Counted from the first letter of the stretch, positions 12,391 through 25,364 are shown. The stretch is 43,355 bases of DNA from Chiloscyllium plagiosum (GCF_004010195.1 NC_057718.1:82601848-82645202); one strand, 5' to 3'. The notes: a model not told the origin generated them from the sequence alone. Numbers and translations are program-made.

Positions 12391-13560
12391 AGGCAGAGGC
12401 CAGGAAAATAGAAGGAATTTGCAACACGTCTGACTCATTTTCCACTTACGGGATGTTTATCTGAGGTGGGCAAGGAAAAAATAGACAGTCTACTTCAAGG
12501 AGCTGAGGAACTAATGAGGGCATTTATGAGACTTACTAGGAGCCATCTCTCGTTCAGGTGATGTAGTAACCATAGTCACATTTTGCTTTAACTGGTTTTA
12601 GAGGTGTTCAGAGAACATCTTCACCTTGAGGTGCCCTGTGGCCCAGTGAACACCTCTCCAGGTTAGACTACTAGCTGTCCACAGCCGTGGATGTACTATC
12701 CAGCCTGCCTCCTATCCCTAATTGATTCATTGATTGCCCCCAGGGGCAATGAGAACTACCATCTAGTTCTATGTCTCTGGACTAGGCTTAAACTCGCAAC
12801 CTTCAGGTTGAGAATTCAGAGTGTTGCTTGCTGACCATCCCGTGGTTATAAAATCTCAGGAATTATGGTGAGCCATATGTGCACAAATCATTTAGGAAGT
12901 GACGTTGTACCAGCCTGGAGTGAACTGCTCTTGAGTGATGCCCATGTAATGCAGGACCAAGTGCAGGTCCCTCGTCAGGAATGGAGTAACAATCAAATTG
13001 CTGACCCAATTCTCAAATTGTACAGCAGCTATTCTGTAAAAATGCTCCCAGCCTTTCTACACTGTTGCACAATGTGAATAAACCTATTCAGATAAATCTT
13101 GTGGAAATATTACCAAGAGTCTCAATTCCATTCCTACCTTCTGTATTTTACAAACATTTGTCTTTACAATATTATAAAGAAAGGCTACAAATTGCCTCAG
13201 TAATGCTTGGATTGAATTTAAACAATAAGTAATGTGATTTTGACCATTTTTAAATAATGTTTTCAATACTAAGTTGTGAGGAGACAATGTAAAAGCAAGC
13301 CTAAATTTGTTAAGTATTCTGATAAGGTGGTGTTTCTGTGTATCATGCGTCCCATTGCTGGATGTTTGGTGATGCTGTCTGACAATGAGGATAGCTAGCC
13401 TCAGGTGGTTTTAGTAGTCCAGCTCAATCTGATGTTGCAGCAAAAAGAGTGGTGTGATGTTTAATGTAACTCTGCTGTTCAGTGAGGCCTGGAAATGGTC
13501 CATTATGTTACTTTGTGATGAATTGAAGCTTGCGATTTGTTCTTTTTCTGTCCTTTGCAG

Positions 13561-13644
13561 TTGAGCGAGCTCCTAAATGATGCACAGAGCCAACTTGAAA
13601 TAGCCAATAAAGAGGTACAGAAACACAGTGAGGAGCTTTCACAG
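13561..13644 (+). CDS. RRBP1: RRBP1 exon G, LSELLNDAQSQLEIANKEVQKHSEELSQ
   Basis: Long pyrimidine tract + tttgcag acceptor, cag|gtaatt donor, 84 nt. Matches LRQLLLESQSQLDAAKSEAQKQSDEL. Confidence 0.92.
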
Positions 13645-13728
13645 GTAATTCTTTTTACAACATCACTTTCACTTAATTAAATCTTCAATCTTACAACATG
13701 CACTTCAAACTCAGCTGAGAGATATTTC

Positions 13729-13925
13729 TAGGCGAAAGTGAGGACTGCAGATGCTGGAGATCAGATACTAGATTAGAGTGGTGCTGGAATAGGTCAGGCA
13801 GCATCTGAGGAGCAGGAAAATCGATGTTTCAAACATAAACATTCCTGATGAAGAGCTTATGCCCAAAATGGTGACTCTCCAGCTCCTTGGATGCTGCCAG
13901 ACCGGCTGTGTTTTTTCAGCACTAC
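13729..13925. mobile_element. Palindromic PLE-terminus mini-element with decayed hammerhead
   Basis: gtgaggactgcagatgctggagatc tail and inverted arms. CTGATGA-A-GAGC ttat GCCC-AAAAT starting at 13845. Confidence 0.82.
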
Positions 13926-14711
13926 GTTTTCTATAGCTATATCCCTGTATTGTATTGACTGTGTTGTGATTCATGTGCATCTTGTGACATAGAGTAGCAT
14001 TTAAACACTCCTTGAAATCATTTATTTGCATCTGGCCAATGTTAGGTAATGAATGTTACTTTTTGAATCATAATGGTGGCTAGATCCCAGTGAACAATCT
14101 TGGTGCTGCATTGTGATTTGCTTTTTGTGTTTTTAATGGGTGTCTGGTTGGCCAGACAATGTCAGTTGGGTGGTATGTGTGGTATGATTGATTAGTCTCT
14201 CATTTTGTTACTCACCAGTCAGAAAAGAAAGAAAAAAAAGAACAGCTGCCAAGAAAAGTTGGCCAAATTTGCAACCGGAATAAGATGGTTGCATAAAATT
14301 ACAACTGTTCTCTTAGAAAGACAATGAATATTTGAAGAAACAGCTGACCAATTATTAATTGATGATGGGTAAACTCTTAAGTGAGTTTCAAGATCATCTG
14401 ATGAGATGATCAGTGATTATGAATTTGATGCTCTGTCCATCTTGAAGCCCAAATCCCATTTCTGGCTTCTCCTTTGGAATTGACCAAGTCTTGTAGAGGT
14501 GTAGTTCAGATTGCTCGCAGCAGTACACTGTCCAATACACAGTTCTTCCTGTGAGAGACTCTGCAGCCTATCCACCCACAAAAATTCTCAATTCCTTTTT
14601 CCTCCCTGAGGTGCTGAAACCACTTAGAGGAACAAACTGACCTCGCACCTTGGACAGCACTGTGTGCTACGCAGTTCCACGTTGCATTGAAATACCAGGC
14701 TCTCAAATGCC

Positions 14712-15745
14712 AAAAACAACGTGTATAATTCCTCTCGTGATCTCAGGATATTCTGAAATGTTTTAGAGCCAATCAAGTACTTAAAAAGTCATAGTTGTAT
14801 TGGAATAAAAATGCATCAAACCAATTTACTTAGAGAAGATAATATTGACCAGATGTTTTTAAAATATTGTTGGTTGATGGATTGTAATGGACGAGGCCAG
14901 ACCTCTCAAAGCATTCTTAAGCAGGCAGCTCAGACCATAACTTTGCAATTTGTTTTGGAAAGTGTACAGTGAGAGTTACCTGGATTAAGTCAGATGGGTT
15001 GACTACTAGATTTTAAAACAGACAAAAATTTACTCACAAAATTCCACAACAAAACACAAAGAACAGAATAAAGAACCCAAACAGAACTCAACCTATCCAA
15101 CTAGACTTAATTAAGCTGTTCCGAATATACACAACAGTCCCAATAAGCAAGCTCCCTTCAAAAACCAGTATAAATGGAACACATGCTTACAGGTTGAAGT
15201 TAAAGGGCAGAAGGAGAGCGAGAGAGAGTTTCCACACAACTCCCTGTTGAATTCCTCACCAGTTCAAGACTGAACTAAACTACTCAGCTAGAGAGCTGAC
15301 TACTCCCCTTTCATTATACACGTCACTTCTAAAACATGGCCACTTTGGCCTGAGGTCTCATCTGTTTACATCTAAACAAAAGGTCTCTCAACATCCTTTT
15401 CATGTCTGTACCAAACCAGACTGATTGGAGCCCGGCCCAGTTTATTGCCCCTCTGAGAAAAATCAAGGACAGAGTCTCCTTGAACCGAGGAACAGCTTTT
15501 AGTAAAAAAAAAAGGGACTAGCTTTGTGACAGGATAGAAGATTTGGAGCTAGTGCAAAGGATCTTTAACATTCACCTGGGAAGACATATAGATTCTGATT
15601 TAACATCCCATCTAAAGATGGAACCTCTGACGGAGAAGCATTCCCTTAGAACTGTGCTGGTAGCTTTTGCCTGGAGTTTGTGTTCAGGTCTTTGGTTGTG
15701 GGGCTTATCGGACTCATGCAAAGATGCGAATCGCTGAACCAGGGC
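14712..15745 (-). mobile_element. DeuSINE split by the solo LTR at 14883-15531
   Basis: Both flanks are colinear with the copy at 11990-12390 (ttggttga(t/a)ggat|ag...gatctttaa...cacctg). Confidence 0.7.
14883..15531. mobile_element. Solo LTR (649 bp)
   Basis: TGTAA...TGTGACA termini, 4-bp TSD GGAT (14879-14882, 15532-15535). Interrupts a DeuSINE. Confidence 0.85.
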
Positions 15746-15815
15746 TGACACCCATTAAGTTATCAGAGAATGTCACTATAATCTGGTGGTAGCCATTGAA
15801 CTAAATTAGCCATTG

Positions 15816-16106
15816 GGGCGGCAAGGTGGCTCAGTGGTTAGCACTGCAGCCTCACAGCGCCAGGGTCCCGGATTTGATTCCTGCCGCAGGAGACTGTGCA
15901 AATTCCACACAGACATTCTCCCTGTGTCTGCGCGGGTTTCCTCCGGGTGCTCCTGTTTCCTCCCACAATCAAACATTGTGCAGGTTAGGTTCATAGTGTT
16001 TGCTGCATTAGTCAGGGATAAATGTAGGAGAATGGGTCTGGGTGGGTTACTCTTCGGAGGGTTGGTGTGGACTTGTCGGGCCGAAGGGCCTGTTTCCATA
16101 CTGATA
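15816..16106 (+). mobile_element. HE1-like tRNA-derived V-SINE
   Basis: A box GGTGGCTCAGTGG, B-box-like GATTTGATTCC, V-domain cattctccctgtgtctgcgcgggtttcctccgggtgctcc, CR1-type tail ggacttgtcgggccgaagggcctgtttcc. Confidence 0.9.
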
Positions 16107-16137
16107 TGAATTTTTTAAAAATGTAAATGGAATCAAA

Positions 16138-16421
16138 GGGGTCCCCTTGTGGTGCAGTAGTAGTGTCCCTAAAAAAAGATCTTAAAGGGGCTGTGTTATG
16201 GAGCAGTGGTATATCTCTACCCCTGAACCAGGAAGCCCACATTTAAGTTCCAACTGCTACAGAGGTGTATGATAGCAACTCTGAACAGGTTGATTAAAAA
16301 CATTTCAGACCCTCTGGTGGCACAATGGTAGTGTCCCTACCCCTGGACTAAGAAGGCCTGGGTTCAAGTCCCACCTGCTCCTGAGGTGTGTTTTACCATC
16401 TCTGAACAGGTTGATTAGAAA
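16138..16421 (+). mobile_element. Tandem cluster of short (~115 bp) tRNA-headed SINE-like units (one truncated, two complete)
   Basis: Repeated tggtgcagtagtagtgtccct / tggcacaatggtagtgtccctacccctg heads, GGTTCAAGTCCC B box, shared end ctctgaacaggttgatta. Confidence 0.7.
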
Positions 16422-17014
16422 GATAGGTTCAATATAAAAAAGTAAATGCACCCAAGCCATGGAGACATCCAAACTTCGCCTGCTTTATACCTAAAAACGT
16501 GGAATCAGGATTTGTGGTGAAGTGATCTTTGGTGGGCGTTGACCACACAGCAGCCCCAGTGATTCCCAAGAGCTGCCTGCCATTCTGTTTGGAATCTGAC
16601 AGGTCCCAGGTGGTGAGGTTCATTAATGATGCCCATTAGGGCTTCATAGCATTCAGCCTCTATTCAAAGTAGGTTTAAAAGCCATCCTAAGGCAGGCAGC
16701 ATCTTGGGGGCTGGAGCATGTGCTCCTTCAACTCAGTGGGTGTTTTCAAAATAGGTCCTTATTGTAAATATGCATTTCTGGAAAACTGAGGGATGTAGCC
16801 AGACTGAGATCAATCTACCATGAACTGGTTGGGCTTAATGTTCTTTTCTTCAATATAAAAGCAATCCTTTTATTTGTTTCTGCTTGTGTTCGATACACCT
16901 TTAAATTTGGTTGAAAAAATCTTAACTTGTTCTCTGGTTTGGGTGGGAAGGTTGGGAGCTCTTTACTTAGTGTACTTCTATGCAATTTAATGAGTTCTAC
17001 TCTCCTCATTCTAG

Positions 17015-17101
17015 GTGAGGCAGCGTCTGTGTACAATGGAGACTCATATGCGTGATGGAGAGTTGGCTGAATCATTGTCTGATCAAGTTGAGCCTGATAA
17101 G
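17015..17101 (+). CDS. RRBP1: RRBP1 exon H, VRQRLCTMETHMRDGELAESLSDQVEPDK
   Basis: cattctag acceptor, aag|gttagg donor, 87 nt. Matches VRQQLSEMKSHVEDGDIA. Confidence 0.9.
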
Positions 17102-17421
17102 GTTAGGGTGGTGAGGCGCTCATGCATGTCTGGAAAAGCACATTGGTCTGTAACATTAATCATTAACACCTTACGCCACTTTAATTTCACTGTATGGAGT
17201 ATGCCCATTCTCTGTGTTAACTATTCCGCAAGGCCTAGGTCTCAATTCATGTCCATTATCTAATATTTCTCTGCACAGCATGACTCCTGCTGGGAATAAC
17301 CATTTTTATCATCCAAACTTTATATATTTGTTCCATCTCCAACTTTTCATCTGTTAGTTGATTGTCCATAATTCAGCATCTGCAGTAAATAACTCGATGC
17401 ACTACTTTATGTTTTGTTTAG

Positions 17422-17496
17422 CTTAAAACCCAGTTGGAAGAAACTGTGATCAGTGAGCAGATACAAAGACAGCAGCTGGCTGAAGAATTTGAAAAG
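17422..17496 (+). CDS. RRBP1: RRBP1 exon I, LKTQLEETVISEQIQRQQLAEEFEK
   Basis: ttttgtttag acceptor, aag|gtacag donor, 75 nt. Matches LKTQLE...EQTQRQKLTAEFEE. Confidence 0.92.
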
Positions 17497-17561
17497 GTAC
17501 AGAATATTTTTAGAACAAAATGCTCTCATTTTTACTTGTTTACTTTTCCAGTGAGGTAAAT

Positions 17562-17892
17562 GGGCATCACGGTGGCTCAGTGGTTAGCACTGCTGCCTCA
17601 CAGCGCCAGGGACCCAGGTTCGATTTCAGCCTCTGGCGACTGTCTGTGTGGAGTTTGTACATTCTCCCCGTGTCTGCGTGGGTTTCCTCCAGGTGCTCTG
17701 GTTTCCTCCCACAGTCCAAAGATGTGTAGGTTAGGCGAATTTGCCCAGCTAAATTGTCCACAGTGTTCAGGGATGTGTTGATTAGGTGCATTAGTCAGAA
17801 TAGATGGTCTAGGTGGTTTGCTCTTCGGAGGATTGGTGTGGACTTGTTGGGCTGAAGAGCTGTTTCACACTGTAGGGATTTTATGAAATGAT
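17562..17892 (+). mobile_element. HE1-like tRNA-derived V-SINE
   Basis: Same head, V-domain and tail; GGTTCGATT B box. Confidence 0.9.
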
Positions 17893-19049
17893 TCCCGGCT
17901 GCCTGGGCAAGACATCTCTGCAATTGATAGGGAGACAGAATGACAAGGGATTGCTTGCTCTGTGACTTTGAGCAGTACTCCTGCCTGGTCAGCAAGATGT
18001 TTGAGGGATCCTTTTGATTCTTCCCTGTTTCTTTCCTTGCTGATGGAGGGTCATCATGGCCATATCTTTACTGGGTCATGAATCTGGAGATCATTGAAGC
18101 TCAGATCCAGCCTAGTGCTTTGATTGCACTCCATTTCTTAAGAAGCAGCCAGGCACTCCCTTGACACAGTGAAATGGCTCCCTGTGAATGCACTGACATA
18201 CTGATCAATTAATCATCGGTTTAGTTACTGGGTGTTGGCATTGGATGAAGTCAACAAATCTTTGCACTTATACAGTGTTTTAACATAGTAAAGCATCTCA
18301 AAATATTTCACAGAAGCTCAATCAGACAAAAAAAGGGGCATTAGGACTTCAAGAAGAATGGTATATAGTGGTAGACTAGTTATCCAGAGATCCAAATTAA
18401 TACTCCAGCTACTATAGGAATTTAAAGTAAACTTAATATAAATCTGGAATTAAAACTTTGATCAGAAAATTACAAGACTGTCTTTAAATCTGTCTGGTTC
18501 ACTAATGTTTTTCAAGGATATCTGCCAACCTTACTTGTTCTGGTCTAGATGTGAATACAGACACACAGTAATGAAGGGTTGACTCTTAGTTCCTCTCTGA
18601 AGTGCCATGCAACTGTACCAAGCTGTACAGAAAGGACAAATAAGAATAAAATTTGGATGAACTACCTAGCATCCACCTAAACACCATTAATGACAAATAC
18701 AGACGATGTCTGATCAACCATGCAATGTCCTTCACATTAATCTTTGGGAATATTTGCCCAAATTGGGAGCACTGCCCAATAGATTAGTCAGGCAATAGCC
18801 TGACAGTCATACTCACCAAATCATACTGTCTGGACCAGGGCATTCAGGACTCTTGTAGCTGTTAAGAAGCCAGCTCATTCTAAGCAGGGGATCAACCTAG
18901 ACTTAATATTTTGAGATCCCCTGATATGGAATGGATGATTTCTTGTGTCATGTAGTTTTTAATGTTCTTCAAAAATCTATCTGTTGCTTTCAGTTGTGTG
19001 TAGATCTTCTCTCAGTGGTTTTTAACTAAAGATGTACACTTTATATTAG

Positions 19050-19148
19050 GCCCAGAGATCTGCACTAAACTTACAGGAAGAGCTGGAAAAGTTGAGAGCA
19101 GCTGGGGATAGTGTCACCCTTGCTGGAGAGGATATCGTTCACCTAAAG
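19050..19148 (+). CDS. RRBP1: RRBP1 exon J, AQRSALNLQEELEKLRAAGDSVTLAGEDIVHLK
   Basis: ttatattag acceptor, aag|gtactc donor, 99 nt. Matches AQTSACRLQEELEKLRTAG. Confidence 0.92.
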
Positions 19149-20157
19149 GTACTCGTGATGCATCTTGTACTTTATGTTCTACATGTGCACTCACAATGTA
19201 TCACATTCTTCCTGCAAAAAGAGTTACCTATCAGTGCCATTTTTGGTACAGTACATACTGAATAAATCATGTAAATGCTGTTCAGTGAGAGGCCATATCG
19301 TGACTTTAAAGCTGTTTAAGTTTCTGGTCATCATGGTCCAATGCTGAATTCTTTTTTCCTCTCCTTTATGGACTTTCTTACCATTTTGCTACTGCTTTTC
19401 TGAAAATCCTAACTCATAGCCTTGAATCCAGAGGCTCTGATTGCCCTCTGTAGCTCGCTCAATTGGCTAACATTGATACCCTGAGGCCCTTTGAGCATGG
19501 GGTGCATCACACGCCATGTCAGACAGAATGCAGTTTTCAGTTGGATTGTCATTGGGAGCCAGAATCCTGATTCACTGTCCCCCTCCCTTCCTGGCTCATT
19601 AATGTCTGTTAAGGATGCAATCCTACTTATTGCACTCAGTCTAAACGATATGTGACTCCGTTTTCAGCTCAGTTTGGTTCATCCTTATCTGTCCCCTGCT
19701 GTGACTTAGTGGTCTGCTCAGTTCTCTCAGTCTATTACGTGCCATGGTTCAAACAGAAAGCCCACCACTTTCTCAAGGTAACAAGCAATGGGCACTTAGT
19801 GAGCTTTACTAGTATTGCTCATACCCTGAGAATGAAAAAATGAAACAAAAACACAGCTATGTTTTACAAACATTTGCTACATTCGGTGGCAGACTGAGCA
19901 AAGCCATTACCGATTAAGCATTTCTAAATTATGGTAAATATAGGTAGCGCATATTTACATATAGATTTTCAGCTTCTGCAGTATTTTATTTTTTCTACTA
20001 AAAATGCAAGATTACAGTTTAGCCTTGAAGCCAATCATCTGTTTAATCTTATCCAATTTGTATTTCCTATCACTGTTCACACCAAACAGTGCCAGACACT
20101 GACCATCTCCACAAGGAAAGGATCTAACCATCACCCCATGACATTCAATGGCATTAT

Positions 20158-21078
20158 TGTTACGACCGTGACAGGAAGAGTGCTCATAAAATCAAACCCC
20201 TGGATCCCATGATACATCACAAATGTGAAAATGACAAATTTAGTTTCTGGAATGGTTAATTTGCCTCACTTTGACCATACCTAAGATGAAAGAAATGTGC
20301 ATCAGGTTTCATCAATGAACAACAAAACAAAACCCTATTTGCAGTATTATAAACAAGCCTATCCTTTACCAAGTAGGAAGATGGATTACCAATGCAAGAT
20401 AAGCAACCTTAAACAATACTCACTCTTATTGTCCAAACATGAACATATTTATTCACAAATAGAATTGAAAGTTTTGCAGAAATATCATGGTTAGCAAAAT
20501 ATAGGCCGAAAAGACCATATCCTGTGGTTTCAGAATCCATACCATAAGGAATAAAATGGAGTGACTTCCTCACTTTCTTTGGTTTTTGGTGATGATGTCA
20601 CACTTTTGTTGAGTGTAGTAACCAATCGTTGTTTAGGAGCCAATCCATTGGAGCTCGGTCTTTTGCTTGAGGTAGAAATGCTTCTTTTCAGGGTCTTTTA
20701 GTGCTGAGTTTCTTCCACTCCCAGAGATGGGTGGGAGGGGTGGGGCACAGGGAAAAAAAGAGAGATCTGGCTTGGCTTGCAGGCTTTCGACAGTCTGAGT
20801 GGAACTGCTCTCAGAAGCTGCTTAAAGCCAAACCGAATGTTGTTGCTGGGTAGCTTTTTTCAACCCAGAGACCCTTAGTGCCATTTAGTCTCATGAAAGT
20901 ATCAAATCTAGCTTCTCCAAAAGGTACATTCTCTTGTGTATTCACTAATTAAACACCACATTGTTTGCTTTTGCTTTCTTTCATAAGAAAATAATGTGTT
21001 TATTCTCTGCAACACAGCTGTGTCCTAATTTCAATTTTTCAGTTTATATTTCAAACAAAAGATATTTAGTCCTCGTAA
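20158..21078. mobile_element. Probable solo LTR (~920 bp)
   Basis: TGTTACGA...TCGTAA inverted termini (terminal CA missing), TTAT/TTAC flanks. Splits the LINE motif acattcaatggcatta|ccatcactgaa, which is contiguous at 36661-36690. Confidence 0.7.
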
Positions 21079-21460
21079 TTACCATCACTGAATCCCATGC
21101 TGTCAATATCTTGGGTTTACCATCAACAAAAGCTGAACTGGCCCAACCATGTAATTACTGTGGCTACAAGGTCAATAAGAGGCTAGGAATCCTGAGGCAA
21201 GTAACTCACCATCTGACACACCAAAGCCTGACTACTATCTGTACTGCACAAGATGAGTGTGTAATGGAATACTCTCCACTTGCCTGGATGTTTGCAGCCC
21301 CAACAAGATTCCAGAAGGTCAACATTCTGCAGGACAAATTAGCCCATTTTGACTGGCACCCCAGACACTGCTTTCAGTATTCACTCTCTCCACCATGGTG
21401 TGTACCATATTCATGATGCAGCAACTCCTCAAGAGTCCTTTGTTAGCACTCCAAGCCCAT

Positions 21461-21900
21461 AAAGATGGCGGCAGGGTAGCATGCTCCAGACAGACTATCC
21501 TCTGCTCCACCCATTCTTTTTCTCTTTGTTTTTCTGTTTTGTTGAGTGTCTTGTTTTAAACCTTTACCTTTGTAAACTTACTCAGAGGGGAATGGAGGAG
21601 GAGGGTACTGGACTGGGGGCCGTCACTGGGGGGAGGGTTCCATACTGGGAGCCGTCGCAGGGAGGAGTGTCATGGGGGAGGAGGCCGAGGCGGGGAGGTG
21701 AGGCTTTTTGTGGCCTTGAGTTTGGAAGCCAGATGTGCTGTGGAGACTTGGCGAGGTGTTGACGCAGACTTGAGTGAACGGACCTTAAATGGGTATTCTC
21801 TTCCTTTTTATTCTTAGGCTGGGTTTTTATTATTCTTTCAATTTTGTACCAAATACTTCAGTATCTGTGCCTAAGTATCTTGTTAGTTCAAGGTATTCAA
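21461..21900 (+). mobile_element. Unclassified non-coding insertion starting AAGATGGCGG
   Basis: Interrupts the host LINE. YY1-type AAGATGGCGG start, T-rich then G-rich body. Confidence 0.5.
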
Positions 21901-22382
21901 GTTATACCTCTGCCATCTAGAGTGATAAAGGCAGTAAATACATGGGAACACCATCACCAGCAAGCTTCCCTGCAAGCCGCACACCATCCTGACTTGGAAA
22001 TGTATTCTTGTTCCTTCGGTTTTATGTGGCCAGAATTCTGGAACTCCATCCCTAAAGGCATCATGCACATGGACGTCATGAACTTCATTGCTTGAAGAAG
22101 ACATCTCACCACCACCTTTCCCCAGGCATTGAGGAGGTTGGCAGTACATTCTTGCCACGCCAATGACACCCACATACCATGAAAGAATATATTTTTAAGA
22201 AGTATCCCCATCATTGCTCTAGGCAGGAACACTACTGCTGTGCCACAAGAACACTGAGATAATTGTGTAGATCTACCAAAGAGCCAGCAGAGCTGTGATA
22301 GGCCAATTGACCTCCCTTTTCCTTCTCATCCTATGACTGTGAAGCATCACCTACAGTTAGCTGAGGAATATACGTGCTGTCA

Positions 22383-22946
22383 GTCATAGAGTCTTAGAAA
22401 TGTACAGCACGGAAACAGACCCTTTGGTCCAACTCGTCCACGCCGACCAGATATCCCAACCCAATCTAGTCCCACCTGCCAGCACCCAGCCCATATGTTG
22501 CCCCTTAGGTCTCTTTTATATCTTTCCACTCTCACCCTAAACCCTTTAGTTCTGGACTCCCCCACCCCAGGGAAAAGACTTTGTCTATTTATCCTAATCC
22601 ATGCCCCTCATGATTTTATAGACCTCTATAAAGTCACCCCTCAGTCTCTGACACTCCAGGGAAAATACCCCCAGCCTAGTCAACCTCTTCCTACAGCTCA
22701 AATCCTCCAACCCTGGCAACATCTTTGTAAATCTTTTCTGGACCCTTTCAAGTTTCACAACATCTTTCCGATAGGAAGGAGACCAGAGTTGCATACAATA
22801 TTCCAACAGTGGCCTAACCAATGTCCTGTACAGCCGCAACATGACCTCCCAACCCCTGTACTCAATACTCTGACCAATAAAGGAAAGCATAACAAGCGTC
22901 GCCTTCACTATCCTATCTACCTGCGACTCCACTTTCAAGGAGCTAT
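22383..22946 (-). mobile_element. CR1 LINE 3' fragment
   Basis: ORF 22594-22938 LYRTLVRPLLEYC.Q.WSP.YRKD..KLERVQKRFT; tail near 22383. Confidence 0.93.
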
Positions 22947-23379
22947 CATAGCAGCTATTGGAGTTGCAATGTGGAGCATATACATGATCTTAAAGTTTAA
23001 AATTTGTACGTGTGCAAGGATTTCTTTGCTTCTGTTTTCTTCCCTGATATCCTGAGTCCATCCACTCGTGTCCAAAGGACGGGTGCCTGAATTCCTCCCA
23101 TATCACAGTTCAGTGAGTGTTAACAGAATGGCTAATACAGCCCAGCCAGTCTTGCTTTTGATTGATGTCTGCATGTGGTTGGGTATTGGGAGCACAGAAG
23201 CAGGAGGAGGCCATGGTGCTTCTCAAGTCTGTTGCACCATCCATATTGTTCATGACTGATAGGTCTCACAGACTTGCAACAGAGATTGAAGCGTTTGGGC
23301 TCCTTGGTTTACCCCATGGACATCTCACCGCTGCCATAAACACATCCAACCATGCCACCCATGTATTAGTCACAAGGTT

Positions 23380-23570
23380 TTGACACCCCCACGAAAGACA
23401 CCTGAGGTCCAGCATGAGAATTTTATGGCACAAACCCAGACGTCCTCCATCATGGTAAACTCAACAACATGGAGATCATCCTGGAAAATTCAGCTTCGAT
23501 GAGTTGGCCATGTCTCCGAGGTGAATGATTGCCCCCAAGCAGATCTTCACTAGGGAGCACTCTCCGAGAA
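23380..23570 (+). mobile_element. RTE-clade LINE fragment
   Basis: HLRS..RI.W, IQLR*VGHVS and PKQIF remnants of the QLRWxGHVxRM...PKQI motif. Confidence 0.65.
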
Positions 23571-23889
23571 AATGACATCAAAGTTGTTGAGTAAAAATGT
23601 TAGGATCTAAAATAGAGTTTTACGAACTTTTACTTTTGCAATTGACTGGCCCACGTGGAGACATGCACCAAAATCTGTTTAGTATATGTTGAGCAACATT
23701 TATGCCAAACATGTAATGTCCCGAGGAGGGTAAGAGGTGGTGTAGCCGCATAAGTTCCTTCAAATGCCAACAGAAAGAACATGAACTGTGAACATCCATG
23801 TTGATCCTGTGTCGTACTGTTCAGTCATGAGAGGACTCACAGAGGACAGTGAAATAATTTACAACTTGGACATTCTGGAACAACGAGGA

Positions 23890-24265
23890 GTGGGTTTAAT
23901 GCATGTCAACCTGCTCATAATCTCAATCTCCTTTTTAAATTCTTTCATAGCTCCTCATTTGTCTAAGTCTCTGCAACCTCTTCCAACTCTACAACCCATA
24001 CTTGATTTTTCTAATCTCTAACTCTCCTCCTATTTTTGCCCCATCATTAGTGGGTATACCTTTGGCTGTCTCATCTCTTACACCCTGGGATTCCATCCCT
24101 AGACATATCATGTTTCTCCTCTGAGACCCTTCTTAAAGCCCATTATTACCTGGATTTTAATCTGCCTCCTTCATTAAAGCATCTGTTTTACCATTCCGTC
24201 CTTCTGAAATCCTTCGGGTAATTTTTAATTTCAGTTGTAAAGATGCTTTAAATACAGATTGTTAT
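23890..24265 (+). mobile_element. L2-clade LINE 3' fragment, degenerate
   Basis: ctctgcaacctcttcc, gtgggtatacctttggctgt and ctgggattccatccct motifs resembling GxRAFS...LWNSLP. Confidence 0.5.
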
Positions 24266-25096
24266 TGATAGATAGTACCATTATGACATTTGTAAGATTA
24301 TATTTTGGAAATATCACTAATTAAAAATAAACAAAGGAGATTATGTGACCTCTTTCATAGTTTACTGAGGGTAAGCTTAAATAATTTGATTGTTAGAGAT
24401 CAGCAGAAGGCTTAAATTGTTCTTCTGCAAAGGTACAAGGTCCTTATTTGAAGGCAAGGACAGCGGTCTCTGAGTTTACGATGAGCAGACTCTTGAGTCT
24501 CCCAAAGTCCCAGAAAGCTATTGAAGGTCGTGGAACGTAAATAAATTTGTTGAAATTTTCTGTTTACTTCTCTGATGAAAGGGAGTTGAGATCAAGGTTA
24601 GTTAATGAGTGTTTTACCTAAACACAAGGCCAATGTATTTCACATGGTCATGGAAAGAGGCAGAGGAAGCATTTGTGAGGTGAAATTGCAGGCTTCTTTG
24701 CAAGTGAATGAACATCACAGTTTCTATGTGGCCAGCCAAGAGAAATGCTGCCTGGATTCTGAACTACCACAGACAAATGCAGGAGGGAGACAGTCTTTAG
24801 TTGAAGAGACACATTCTCAGTCTGGATTCAGAGAAACTCTGCCATGGTTGTAGAAAAATGAATCCACAGAATATGTCTGACTGCTGGAATTCTCCAAAAA
24901 CAGCGGAAGGAGTCTGGAGACAGTCATTTAAAATGGGATACTGGCACCCATGGGAAACGAGGAACAAATGTGAAATGTTTTCCAAAAGGACTTAATTCTG
25001 TGGAGAGTGCAACAGGTGATACATGCAAAATAGGAATGTCACTTTCTGCAGTTTAAATTATCAGTAGCTTGGAAATCAAAAATAGTTCTTAATTAT

Positions 25097-25245
25097 AAAC
25101 AAAAACAGAAATTGCTGGAAAAACTCAGCAGGTCTGGCAGCATCTGTGGAGAGAAATCAGAGATGCTGCCAGACATGCTGAGTTTTTCAATCAATTTCTG
25201 TTTTTGTTTGTGATTTGCAGCACCAGAATTTCTTTCGGTTTTTAT
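25097..25245. mobile_element. Palindromic PLE-terminus mini-element lacking the hammerhead centre
   Basis: 49-bp inverted arms 25097-25145/25161-25209. The arm matches 28177-28225 of the PLE remnant. Confidence 0.82.
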
Positions 25246-25364
25246 AAAGCTTTTAGTTAATAGTTTTTTCTTGATGTAGCATTCTTTCACCAACTAACTG
25301 AAAGTTTTAAGTATTTTATGAGGATTATAACATAGCATTAAAATCATCATGTTTATACTTGCAG

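Larger units (their letters stand above)
20085..22192 (+). mobile_element. Same second LINE family, 3' part, hosting two nested insertions
   Basis: Colinear with 36600-37060; VMEYSPLAWM.AAPT motif; 3' end cttgccacgccaatgacacccacataccatgaaagaata. Confidence 0.8.

Noticed and set aside
15816..15890. tRNA-like A/B boxes (also 17562, 31397, 16310)
   Set aside because: No cloverleaf; they continue into SINE bodies, so they are not tRNA genes.
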